From a virus (taxonomy: Duplodnaviria; Caudoviricetes): a stretch of DNA of 47,975 nt. Below the pieces are notes generated by a model. The model saw nothing but the letters and a program-made list of their open reading frames with translations. It ran no database searches and was not told the origin of the DNA. This document shows, piece by piece, positions 1-8,958 of the stretch (position 1 is the stretch's first letter; every line of letters starts with the position of its first letter). The DNA lies in the IMG/VR virus record IMGVR_UViG_3300031912_000021, positions 1 to 47,975 of that record; one strand, 5' to 3'. A program made the position numbers and the translations under genes.

Positions 1-178
1 TGGGCGCGCCGCCCGGAGTTGTCGTCCCCCCATTTTTTGTGACCGGAGCCGTAACGGAATTGACCGTGTCAGTTACATCCCGCGCCCAATCCTCGACATC
101 ATTCAACACAAGCCAAAGATGGTTATCGTCTCTATACAGATGAGAGACTCGCGGCTTAACTGTTAGATCCCTAATCAA
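1..178 (-). CDS. Partial ORF (N-terminus), probably the 5' end of the large tail protein that continues at the other window end
   Basis: Not in the ORF track. TTG start overlaps the TGA stop of 175..2097 (TTGA). Reads MIRDLTVKPRVSHLYRDDNHLWLVLNDVEDWARDVTDTVNSVTAPVTKNGGTTTPGGAP and is open to position 1. Confidence 0.6.
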   Translation of the reverse strand, partial: MIRDLTVKPRVSHLYRDDNHLWLVLNDVEDWARDVTDTVNSVTAPVTKNGGTTTPGGAP

Positions 179-2097
179 ACGCTTGGCCTCGAAGGATACT
201 GAATCGCGCTGAAGACATCGAACCTAGAAACCTGCATGTTTCCAGTAGTCTCGAACTTCACGGACATTTGTTCATTCACGTAGTTAATCTGAATCGCCTG
301 ATCCCGATTCCCAACCCCGATCGTCTGCGGAAATGCCGTGATTTGATTCCCGTAATTCTCATCGTACAAATACGTATTGAGCGTTCCCGCGCCCTTCATT
401 CGCCATCGCAGATAGCGGAAAACGCTGACCGTTCCTGGAGCTGAAGTCAATAATCCAGTTCTCCAGTAGTTATCGACTGCCACCGATCCATAATCCGTGG
501 TTTTCTTACCGGTCAATTTCATCAGGCCAACATTGGTTCCCAGTCTAGGCAAATACAACCAGTCCGAGACATCCTGAATATTCGCCATTGTCACATCGTT
601 GATATTCCAAGGGAATTTGTAAATCGTCCAACGAATAGCCTGCGGATCTAAGCCCGCCGCGTAGTCTGCGACCAGAAGGACATTAGCAGTTGAACTTATT
701 GGCAACAGAACATACATTTGCTCCTCAAATGGGTCAATAGCGATCCTAATCTGAGAGGCATCGTATATCTGATTCCAGAAGTTCTTGATCTTGTACGTCA
801 ATTCAGGACGAATCACGTTTCCATTGAACATGAACAGACCCTCTCGATCTCCGAGAATGATCATCGAAGAGATCCCTAGAGAGTTTTGGCTTCCTGTGAT
901 CGACGCTAATCCCTTTGGATAACAGCCAACCGAACCATCAACCATCATCACAGGCCATAAGTACGGATCTTGCCCGTTATCCTGAGTACTGAATATCCCA
1001 ACAGATTTGAATATATACAAAACCCCGAACAATTCCGATGCACAGCGCGCGAAATTGCCATCATGCTGGCTCGGCACTTGAATATTCCCATAAGCTTGAT
1101 CAAAAGACTCGACAGTTCCCGGACTGGAAACGCAAATGTTATCTGGTGCGACCACAGTATTCGCTTGGCTAGTCGTTCCTCCATTGATAATGAATACTCG
1201 GTTTTTATACGCTGTTAAGCCAATGCTACTAACCCCAGACAAAACATGCTCTGCCAAGTCAAATAACGGGTCCGCACTTATAGTCAACCCGAGATCACTA
1301 ATGCTGACTTGCATCGAAGTCGTTGTCGTATCGGGTAGAGTCGGATTAGCTGAACCATCAGGATTCGGGACTCTGAAGAACTCGGGCATATTCGATTTGG
1401 TCATTAACAACCATCGCCCGGTCACTCCCGGAATCCCCGCGCCCGTTGGAATTTGGGTCACCCAAATCTGATCGTTTCCATTGGAAGTCGCGCACGCATA
1501 TGGACCAATAGGCTCCAGATTATTACTGCCAGTGAGATTGGCATCAACTCCCGGTGCGGTCACGAATCCCGTATCAGTCGCATAAGCAACTGAGAAACAA
1601 TGCGCGCCCGCGTTCACCACACCGGGGGTCGAATTCTCGGTTGCCGTCATTCCCGCAATGCTCGGTCGCGCGCCTGCCATTGGCCGTAAAGCGGCGGATG
1701 GCCCCGTCCAAATATAGATGTAATTGGTCGCGCTGAACGCGCTCAGCACGGGCGCGATGAGGACTTTATTATTGACGTTCAGAATCTCAAAGTCGATCAT
1801 GTTGGGAACATTCAACAATACCGTTCCATTATCTTCTCGATAGATGTTCCCATTCCCATCGCAAGTTAGCATTATCAATGTCTGATCGTTGAATGTCGCC
1901 ATCTTCGATCGAACAACTTTTCTGCCACTCGCAAAGCTAATATCAGTTCCAATCCTGGTGTATACTTCTTTCCTATCCGTGAACGAGAGATTCTGGATAT
2001 CCGATGCATGATCGTTCGGGACATCATCGAACGAACCCCTAGACCAGAGTCCAAGAAACTGCACGACTTGAGTCAACTGGTACTTAGAAAAGTCCAT
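175..2097 (-). CDS. Tail nozzle / DNA stabilisation protein (P22 gp10 / T7 gp12-like beta-propeller)
   Basis: 640 aa, beta-strand rich, with propeller-like segments (LYIFKSVGIF, GSVGCY, GLFMFNG). Lies directly downstream of adaptor-like genes, the usual podovirus order. Confidence 0.65.
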   Translation of the reverse strand: MDFSKYQLTQVVQFLGLWSRGSFDDVPNDHASDIQNLSFTDRKEVYTRIGTDISFASGRKVVRSKMATFNDQTLIMLTCDGNGNIYREDNGTVLLNVPNMIDFEILNVNNKVLIAPVLSAFSATNYIYIWTGPSAALRPMAGARPSIAGMTATENSTPGVVNAGAHCFSVAYATDTGFVTAPGVDANLTGSNNLEPIGPYACATSNGNDQIWVTQIPTGAGIPGVTGRWLLMTKSNMPEFFRVPNPDGSANPTLPDTTTTSMQVSISDLGLTISADPLFDLAEHVLSGVSSIGLTAYKNRVFIINGGTTSQANTVVAPDNICVSSPGTVESFDQAYGNIQVPSQHDGNFARCASELFGVLYIFKSVGIFSTQDNGQDPYLWPVMMVDGSVGCYPKGLASITGSQNSLGISSMIILGDREGLFMFNGNVIRPELTYKIKNFWNQIYDASQIRIAIDPFEEQMYVLLPISSTANVLLVADYAAGLDPQAIRWTIYKFPWNINDVTMANIQDVSDWLYLPRLGTNVGLMKLTGKKTTDYGSVAVDNYWRTGLLTSAPGTVSVFRYLRWRMKGAGTLNTYLYDENYGNQITAFPQTIGVGNRDQAIQINYVNEQMSVKFETTGNMQVSRFDVFSAIQYPSRPSV

Positions 2098-2098
2098 T

Positions 2099-2266
2099 TC
2101 AAATGATTTTAAACGACCTCAACAAGTATAGAATTAAGATCAGAACAATCACAACATAGATTATGTTCTTAATCTGTGGGGGAATTGGCAAAAGCTGTTG
2201 AATCAGCCAAATCACCAGTCCCACGACTATCAAAACTATGACCAACTGAATCAACATAGCTTCCAT
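2099..2266 (-). CDS. Small two-TM membrane protein (Thivi_2564-like), holin candidate
   Basis: Not in the ORF track (55 aa): MEAMLIQLVIVLIVVGLVIWLIQQLLPIPPQIKNIIYVVIVLILILYLLRSFKII. TGATG overlap with the upstream stop, and it fills the intergenic gap exactly. Confidence 0.8.
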   Translation of the reverse strand: MEAMLIQLVIVLIVVGLVIWLIQQLLPIPPQIKNIIYVVIVLILILYLLRSFKII

Positions 2267-2991
2267 CAGAAATCCCTCAAGACTCTTGTCCTTCCGAGTC
2301 CCCTGTGGTACGGCCTTCTCTTGGCTGGCACGTTCTGTTGTTGTTTGACGTTATGTCTCATTAGCCTCTCCATGTTCTCTTCAGCTAAGTTCTTGAAACG
2401 ATCACTAGCATCCCATTGCTTTAGACTCTCCATGCACAGTGAGGCAATCCTATACGACAGAAAAAGCTGAGCCATTGGGACGAAAATCGTATCCGTGTTC
2501 ACACCAGGAGTCGGTATGACTCTCTGATACCTGATTTGAACCTGGTTATCCAAAAGTGCGCCCAATACGAAAATGCGTCCTTCACGCCAATTCCAATACC
2601 GTAGAGCAGTATCCACGGAAACATTAGGAATGTACGCAGTCTCAACCATATCAACGAAGTTCTCGCGCGCTTCATTTTTGATCCTCTCTTTCAGCCAAAT
2701 GGGAAGAACCATATCCGATGGGTATCCGGGCAACTGGGACAAATCCAGATCCATATCAATGAAAGTCGCGGTGTTCACTTTTGGAACATCCATCGTCATA
2801 ATAACAGTGCTCAATAGCGGAATCCCCCATAACAACAGCTCCGCCTCTAGCTCCTGAAATGCGAAGCGCGCCTTCCCGAGCATCTTCTGATCGGGCCAGT
2901 TCGCCGCTTCCTCATCATTTAGCATGGATCTCGTTTGCGAGAGAACATCACCCAACAATGGAACCAGGGGTGGAACAAATGGCATCGTCAT
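2266..2991 (-). CDS. Head-tail adaptor-like protein (paralog 2)
   Basis: 241 aa with an N-terminal helical motif (LSQTRSMLNDEEAANWPDQKML) typical of adaptors. Sits between capsid and nozzle. Confidence 0.6.
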   Translation of the reverse strand: MTMPFVPPLVPLLGDVLSQTRSMLNDEEAANWPDQKMLGKARFAFQELEAELLLWGIPLLSTVIMTMDVPKVNTATFIDMDLDLSQLPGYPSDMVLPIWLKERIKNEARENFVDMVETAYIPNVSVDTALRYWNWREGRIFVLGALLDNQVQIRYQRVIPTPGVNTDTIFVPMAQLFLSYRIASLCMESLKQWDASDRFKNLAEENMERLMRHNVKQQQNVPAKRRPYHRGLGRTRVLRDF

Positions 2992-2996
2992 GATTT

Positions 2997-3623
2997 TTAC
3001 GGTTTCTGCGATTGGTTTTGAGCCTGCGGCGCGCGACCTCTGTTACTCAGGATAACTTCAGATAAACTCGCATCAGCCAAGCCCGCCAAGACTCCCATCG
3101 AATTCCCGTCCCCCGTTGATCCATAAGCGATCGCGGCCGTTCGAGGCGCTAAGTACAACTCACCATCAATGAACCCTATTAGATCAGTGTTCGCTTGTGG
3201 AACGGTGATCCTCTTCCAATAGACCATCTTGACCATTCTACTTGCCGATGATCCAATGAAAGTCACAACCTCATTAACCCAAGCCCACCAGACCAAAGTA
3301 GCAACCTGAGCGACATTCGGTAGTGGATCAGATTCGGTCATCAGTTGATAGTTCGCCAACGGTCCAGCGGGCGCGTTTTCCCAAAGTTGGATAGGGGCAA
3401 TTAAATCCACTGGAGGAGTGGAGAATGCCGTACCTGATGCAGGAATCGTCTCAATGTAAGTCCCTTTCATAACGGGCGCGGCGGCTCTCCTAAGCTTGAC
3501 CTGCAACTCCCGATGCGCCTGTTGGAGCTTGGGCATCAGAGCCGCATCGGTCCAATTCGCCGCCGCGTCGTCATTAAGAAACGTCCTAACCGTAGCCAGA
3601 ACCACAGAAGTCGCAACAGACAT
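2997..3623 (-). CDS. Head-tail adaptor-like protein (paralog 1)
   Basis: 208 aa; LATVRTFLNDDAAANWTDAALM, clearly homologous to 2266..2991. Confidence 0.6.
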   Translation of the reverse strand: MSVATSVVLATVRTFLNDDAAANWTDAALMPKLQQAHRELQVKLRRAAAPVMKGTYIETIPASGTAFSTPPVDLIAPIQLWENAPAGPLANYQLMTESDPLPNVAQVATLVWWAWVNEVVTFIGSSASRMVKMVYWKRITVPQANTDLIGFIDGELYLAPRTAAIAYGSTGDGNSMGVLAGLADASLSEVILSNRGRAPQAQNQSQKP

Positions 3624-3654
3624 CTCAGCCTTCTTTCTTTATTTTTCTTTTTCG

Positions 3655-4011
3655 TTATTGCAACGGAGCAAATGCGGCCTCGAAGTTTATCGTATCTCCC
3701 GAGATTCCAGCGGGCAATGCAATCGCTGTTAATTCGGTCCCCGCCGCGGTGAAGATCTTCAGTTTGCCATTAGATGCATCGGTCCCGACTACATAGCCAT
3801 ATGTGTTCCCATTCACACTGGCGAACTGAACATAATACGGCTTCTTCCGAGCTTTTATCATGCCCCCGAAAAAGCTAAATGGAATCCCACCGACAACATA
3901 AATATCGGTGGGCGCGCTGAATGCGACGGTTCCGGTGATGATCATCTTATTCCCTGCCACCCAAGTATTTAGGATGGTTGGGACAACGGGGCGCGCTGTT
4001 GCGTTAGCCAT
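3655..4011 (-). CDS. Small virion structural / capsid decoration-like protein
   Basis: 118 aa, beta-rich (YVVGGIPF, GKLKIF). GGAGG RBS upstream; located in the head module. Confidence 0.5.
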   Translation of the reverse strand: MANATARPVVPTILNTWVAGNKMIITGTVAFSAPTDIYVVGGIPFSFFGGMIKARKKPYYVQFASVNGNTYGYVVGTDASNGKLKIFTAAGTELTAIALPAGISGDTINFEAAFAPLQ

Positions 4012-4652
4012 GGTTCCTCCTTAGCGAAACTTAACTTCTTGTATCTCTCAGCATCAACAATGCACTTACACGCGCCGCACACGATCGCATCAGGGTGCAG
4101 CGGACTCTTGCACGCGGGGCATCTAGTCTGCCCCTGTGCCGAGCTAATCGAAAGCCATTCGTGCTCTAGGGAACTAAGCCCAAGAGCCGTCCCAGCCTTA
4201 CGCTGAATGTCACTAACTGAATTATGATGATGGTAGCGATTCCAGTCATTATCAGCGATAAAACAAATAGCACGGTACCAATTATAGTGTAGATCAAGTA
4301 CCTGAGCAATCTCCTTAGGATAAGCCGCCAATACTTCTTCCGCCTCAAGCTTTCCCGGGAACCAAGTAACTCCCGGTCTGGAATTCTCGTCAATCCCGAG
4401 TTGCGAAGACGCGAAATCATCACAAATAGCCTTGGCGACTTGATCACTCAGAGCCACGCTCCTCAACGATCCCCGATCCGCATCAATATACGTGAAGAAA
4501 CTCGCGGGCCGCACCCATAAGATTCCCGGCTTCTCATCTCCCTCACTAGCCGGTATTAGGTAAGCCGGAGGAATGACCCCAGACTTGACCTCAAATAACT
4601 GTATCGGCATAAACGATACAATCGTACAGAAATTATGTTCCTCGTGATGCAT
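3969..4652 (-). CDS. Hypothetical protein with C-terminal zinc ribbon
   Basis: 227 aa; CPACKSPLHPDAIVCGACKC. Overlaps both neighbours. Confidence 0.7.
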   Translation of the reverse strand: MHHEEHNFCTIVSFMPIQLFEVKSGVIPPAYLIPASEGDEKPGILWVRPASFFTYIDADRGSLRSVALSDQVAKAICDDFASSQLGIDENSRPGVTWFPGKLEAEEVLAAYPKEIAQVLDLHYNWYRAICFIADNDWNRYHHHNSVSDIQRKAGTALGLSSLEHEWLSISSAQGQTRCPACKSPLHPDAIVCGACKCIVDAERYKKLSFAKEEPWLTQQRAPLSQPS

Positions 4653-5151
4653 CCTTTACTCCTTTATACCAAATAGAATTACGCTGAGGACCAGGACGAG
4701 TAGAAAAATGCATAGGATGATCATCCCACGAATCTTCGATTTCTCCGACACTTTTCTCCTTCAGATACTCCTCAGAAGGAATCATATCTTTCGTCACCCT
4801 TTTATTCAGCGCGCCGATCAAGAACTCCAGTACTTTCCGAGTCACTGGCAAACTCTCGCCATTTGCAGACTCAAAAACATAAATTGGAACGTAATCCCCT
4901 TCGAGACTCCCAGGGACTTCAGGACTTCCTCCCTCAACAGAGAAAGCCTCAAAAATCCATCTCTCATGGATGTAGTTATACTTCCTAACCAACCTGACTC
5001 CATTGAACTCCCTCAGGAAAATGTCCCCATAAAATTCCCGAAAAGTCCCCTTCCTATGTTCCATGATATCTTCAGACCAGACGAGCCTATATATCGGCAA
5101 GTTGTTGTACATCCCGTGGCTCGTTAGCCATTTATTGAGTTGATGTTCCAT
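4633..5151 (-). CDS. Hypothetical phage protein
   Basis: 172 aa ORF immediately after the capsid terminator, same strand. Confidence 0.7.
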   Translation of the reverse strand: MEHQLNKWLTSHGMYNNLPIYRLVWSEDIMEHRKGTFREFYGDIFLREFNGVRLVRKYNYIHERWIFEAFSVEGGSPEVPGSLEGDYVPIYVFESANGESLPVTRKVLEFLIGALNKRVTKDMIPSEEYLKEKSVGEIEDSWDDHPMHFSTRPGPQRNSIWYKGVKDASRGT

Positions 5152-5175
5152 GTTTTACGTTTGAAAAATGCGTTT

Positions 5176-5214
5176 GAAAAATACGGGCGCGCGCCCAGAT
5201 TAAACGCGCGCCCG
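5176..5214 (-). terminator. Intrinsic terminator after the major capsid gene
   Basis: 10-bp stem CGGGCGCGCG (5184-5193) / CGCGCGCCCG (5205-5214), followed on the minus strand by TATTTTTC. Confidence 0.75.
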
Positions 5215-5226
5215 AGAAAGGAGTAA

Positions 5227-6495
5227 CTAATAACCCGATGGGAAGGCAAGCTGGTCGATGTACGCGGAACCGGCCGGCTTGTTCATAAAGATGTTGAACG
5301 ATGCTACGTAGTAGAAGACCCAACTCGTCGCTACACCACCGCTGGCGCCTCGGATCTCCCAGATGCGTTGATTATCATCAGGAGACATGTACATCCCAGG
5401 TGGTTTTAACTCCGCGCGGCCCCAATATTCAGCGTCAATGAAGTCTATCCGAGTTCGATCCCAACTGTACGAAATCTTGAGCGGCGCTCCGGCCATTCTC
5501 ATGTTATCGTTGAAATACAAATCTAAGCCTTCCTCTTTCGCTGCCTTATCGATGCGAATGACGTTAAATCCCAATTCCTCGTAGGCCGCCTGTTGAGCCT
5601 TGTGCATCCAAGCAGTACACTTGCTTCTGTAGTTTATCCCAACACGATCGCCGATCAGGTTCAGTGCTAGTCGGGGTAGAGGTAGGGTTAGCGCTGAACC
5701 TGCGGCGTTTACTCGATTGGCACGTATTTCAGGAGTGGTTGCTCTGGGAAACCCGAGCCACGTTCCAACCGAACTGTTTGAATTATGGTAAGGAACACCA
5801 TACATCCCGACTGGCGGGGAACTCGTTAATCCATCAGCAACAATCTTGTCACCGGCGATTACGCCGGTGACAGCCGGTGTCACTTGAACTTGTTTATTTG
5901 CGAGGTCATACTGAGTAATGACGTAAGGCCCGCCCGTTGCAGTCCTCAGAGTCACGTAAGTCGGATCAAAGACGTTGATCTGTTGTTTCGATCTCAGCAA
6001 TCTGACTCCGTAACCATCGGTCGTGCAAGTGTATGTATCAACACCACCCGCCGTTGTTACTGAAGTTATGGTCGCTAAGGTTCCCGTGCCGTCCGTCATA
6101 CATTGGCTGTCTACGTCTCTTCGGAACTGCGACATCTCGACAGCCAAAGCATGCCGAAAGCTATTCATCACGGCTTTCCGATTGCTATCCGTGGACCAAA
6201 TGTTCTTGGCCGTCATTTCCACCCGATGCACTAAATGCACCGAATGTATAACCGCCTTATCAAAATCAGAAATATCACCACGACCCAGATCACCACCGTC
6301 TGGGTTATAGTACCCCGTGTTCCCATTGGGCCTCAACTCTAACGGAATCCGCATGTCGCGCGATGATATTACTTCAACTGGCCGCTTTTCGAGAGAGCTA
6401 TAAAAGACATCATCTCGATCGAACAGAGCGGGCACTTTTGGCAGAACACGCTCAAGTTCTGTTCCAACTACTTGAAGCTCTAAACCTCCAGGCAC
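5227..6495 (-). CDS. Major capsid protein (HK97-type fold inferred)
   Basis: 422 aa, GTG start. Follows the scaffold-like gene and precedes a terminator; size and composition fit. Confidence 0.75.
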   Translation of the reverse strand: MPGGLELQVVGTELERVLPKVPALFDRDDVFYSSLEKRPVEVISSRDMRIPLELRPNGNTGYYNPDGGDLGRGDISDFDKAVIHSVHLVHRVEMTAKNIWSTDSNRKAVMNSFRHALAVEMSQFRRDVDSQCMTDGTGTLATITSVTTAGGVDTYTCTTDGYGVRLLRSKQQINVFDPTYVTLRTATGGPYVITQYDLANKQVQVTPAVTGVIAGDKIVADGLTSSPPVGMYGVPYHNSNSSVGTWLGFPRATTPEIRANRVNAAGSALTLPLPRLALNLIGDRVGINYRSKCTAWMHKAQQAAYEELGFNVIRIDKAAKEEGLDLYFNDNMRMAGAPLKISYSWDRTRIDFIDAEYWGRAELKPPGMYMSPDDNQRIWEIRGASGGVATSWVFYYVASFNIFMNKPAGSAYIDQLAFPSGY

Positions 6496-6506
6496 TTGTT
6501 ATACCC

Positions 6507-7709
6507 TCAATTCTTGTATTTGACTTCATCGTTGAGAATATCCAAGTCGCTAGTCTTCGAGTAGTCGATTCTTCTTGGGTTGTAGTCGAGACTCCTAGTA
6601 CCCGACGGGCGCCCGTTGCCAGACTCGGCTGTTCTGTTAGCGACGCTAGATACTCGCTTAATCTTCTCGGCACTGGCTGACGGACCTTTTCCATTCACCT
6701 CAGCCAAAAACTTCGATCGCAGAGAAGGGATTAGCGATTTAGCGCGCGCCAGATACGCGGATACCAACCTGGCCTTGTCTTCTTCGGTTCTCCCAGACTT
6801 CTTAGCCCGATCCCACAAACTGTCCATATACTTGATATGGTTGGTATCGGACTGTAATGTACTACCGACATTTTCAATGATCTTATCGGCAATAACGGAT
6901 TGCAAAAATGGACTCAAACCGTCTAACTTACCACCTTCGTTTATTAATCTCGACATCTCGCTTTGGATAGATCCTGCTACGCCACTCCGAAATGTCAGAT
7001 ATCGCTCGTTGTCGTATTTCTCACTCGCCTTCAATTCTGCGGCTCTCGCAGGATCAGGCTGCTTTACGAATGTTCTTTTCCCCTCAGCGACCAACAGATC
7101 GCCAAAAAAGAATTCTGCAAGATGGCGCGCCGCGTTCTGGATGTTCTGATCCCCATCCTTCACGCCCTTGTTGAACATATTCCGGCAAATATCTTCGATG
7201 AATGGATTCGCGGCCGACCAGAAAGCCTCGGGCCTTGTCCTCACCAAACTCGGGAAGATCTGCGGCGCGAATTCTTCCAATAGCTTCTCGTTATCCAGAA
7301 ACTTGAACAGATCATCGTTCTTGCCCTGCTCCAAACTCGATCTTAGACCCCGGTATATCTCAACATCTTTCGAGGCCTCCCGCGCGTCGTCGATAGTAGG
7401 GAATACCTTGGAAAACTCGGCCTCCCGAAAATACATGTCTCTGAGGCTCGGGAATGTCTTGAAAATCTCTGGATACTTCTCGTTGATTTGTTTTATCGAA
7501 GGTCGGTTGAACGGGTGCGCGACTTCGTATGGCTTCTCTTCGGTTTCAGGCTCAGCTTCTGGCTCGTCTTTATCGGGAGCGCCTTCGTTGGGCACCCCCG
7601 ATTGAATTTCGGACGTTTCTTTTTCCTCGGGCGCACCTCCTTCCTCCCCCTCTTCCAAGAGAGCAATATCATCCGAAATATCAGTCGTCGAGCCTTCGAT
7701 CTCAGGCAT
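6507..7709 (-). CDS. Capsid scaffolding protein
   Basis: 400 aa with a very acidic disordered N-terminus and helical body. Directly upstream of the capsid gene. Confidence 0.65.
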   Translation of the reverse strand: MPEIEGSTTDISDDIALLEEGEEGGAPEEKETSEIQSGVPNEGAPDKDEPEAEPETEEKPYEVAHPFNRPSIKQINEKYPEIFKTFPSLRDMYFREAEFSKVFPTIDDAREASKDVEIYRGLRSSLEQGKNDDLFKFLDNEKLLEEFAPQIFPSLVRTRPEAFWSAANPFIEDICRNMFNKGVKDGDQNIQNAARHLAEFFFGDLLVAEGKRTFVKQPDPARAAELKASEKYDNERYLTFRSGVAGSIQSEMSRLINEGGKLDGLSPFLQSVIADKIIENVGSTLQSDTNHIKYMDSLWDRAKKSGRTEEDKARLVSAYLARAKSLIPSLRSKFLAEVNGKGPSASAEKIKRVSSVANRTAESGNGRPSGTRSLDYNPRRIDYSKTSDLDILNDEVKYKN

Positions 7710-8958
7710 AAACCATCTCCTTAACCTTCTTATGCATTCCCCCGATTACCTTCGCCGCGTCTGTTCGATACTGCTTATCGGGGATTTTGGCTTTTTCAAG
7801 TATTCTATAAGGCTCGTTAAAGCTGCTGGCAATCGTATCAGCAACGTCAGATACGACTCCGATTGCTCCTGTACCTGCGCTGTGGTATAGGACACCGTCA
7901 GATTTAAGAACTTCGTATAAGTAGACTTTTGATTCGTTATCTTCAAATCCTCGGATTGGAACTCCATAATTCGGTTGTTCCCTCTCAATCACCTTCAAAT
8001 TATGTGGCTCGATTGGAAATGGCGGAATGCTCACCCGCACTCCCGAGGCAAACCCGCTCCGCAAGCTAATCTTACCCACACTCCCATCGATGAGATCCGA
8101 GATAGTCTGACCCACGTCCTCATCGGTCAGCTGTAACCAAGTCGGCATTGCATCTAGACCGAAGCGCGGTGTCCATTCCAGCCCATAAAACTGATCATCA
8201 ACAACCATAACATTGAGATCGATAGGCCCAATATAGCCCTGATCGAGAATATCATCCTCGATCTTCTTCAGCTTATCAACGATATCGTTTCTCTCCGCCT
8301 CCCAGATCGTGTTAGCAGAACAGCCTGTCGAGGGACCAAGGTTGTCATTCATGAATTTCTTGATCTCTATCGTATGAGTCGCGGGTTCCACGAATCCCCA
8401 TTTGCCGCAGAAGAATTCGGTACTCAACGCGGTCCCCTCAATGCATTCTTGCAGAATGAAACTCTCGATGTCGTAGTTTTTATCAACAAATTCCATGTAA
8501 TGCGCGAGATCATCGGGGTCACAAGGTTTGTATGTGAGCTTGGAAGGTAAGTCTCCAGATGGCTTAAAAATATAGTCTCCCCTATTATCCACAATAAAAT
8601 CTAAGCCGTCGCTTGTGCTCTCGAACTTCCGTGACGCAGGAATCTCTATTCCGTGCTCCTGCATGAACTCAAGCCCGAACTCTCGATCGTTCTCTAGCTT
8701 ATCCTGGAACTTCCCCGCGCCGAATACCTTGTGTCCCGACCTCTTGAGTTTATCAGCTTCCGAGCCCATCCCAGAAGAGTCGAAAACAATAATCGTCTCA
8801 TCATCGATATCCCGTATGCCGACCTTATCTAAGATACCGTCGTAAACCGTTCGATACTCTCGCTCCTTGATGTACAAACCTACAGTATTCCCCTCCTGCT
8901 CCAATCGAAGCCCAAGCCCCGCGCCCTCCCCATACTTGCTGTAAATGAGGAATCTCAA
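7702..8958 (-). CDS. Divergent PurD-like (GAR synthetase-like) ATP-grasp ligase
   Basis: Collinear PurD-like motifs: KLENDREFGLEFMQEHGIEIP, IFKP, QECIEG, NDNLGPSTG, LEWTPRFG, GVRVSIPPFP, QYRTD. TTG start overlaps the upstream stop; 3' end overlaps the scaffold start. Confidence 0.8.
   Translation of the reverse strand: MRFLIYSKYGEGAGLGLRLEQEGNTVGLYIKEREYRTVYDGILDKVGIRDIDDETIIVFDSSGMGSEADKLKRSGHKVFGAGKFQDKLENDREFGLEFMQEHGIEIPASRKFESTSDGLDFIVDNRGDYIFKPSGDLPSKLTYKPCDPDDLAHYMEFVDKNYDIESFILQECIEGTALSTEFFCGKWGFVEPATHTIEIKKFMNDNLGPSTGCSANTIWEAERNDIVDKLKKIEDDILDQGYIGPIDLNVMVVDDQFYGLEWTPRFGLDAMPTWLQLTDEDVGQTISDLIDGSVGKISLRSGFASGVRVSIPPFPIEPHNLKVIEREQPNYGVPIRGFEDNESKVYLYEVLKSDGVLYHSAGTGAIGVVSDVADTIASSFNEPYRILEKAKIPDKQYRTDAAKVIGGMHKKVKEMVYA

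Noticed and set aside
7702-8958. Canonical purD auxiliary metabolic gene, or PurZ
   Set aside because: Substrate motifs are altered and there are no other pur genes. The fold is ATP-grasp, not PurA/PurZ-like, so no gene symbol was assigned.
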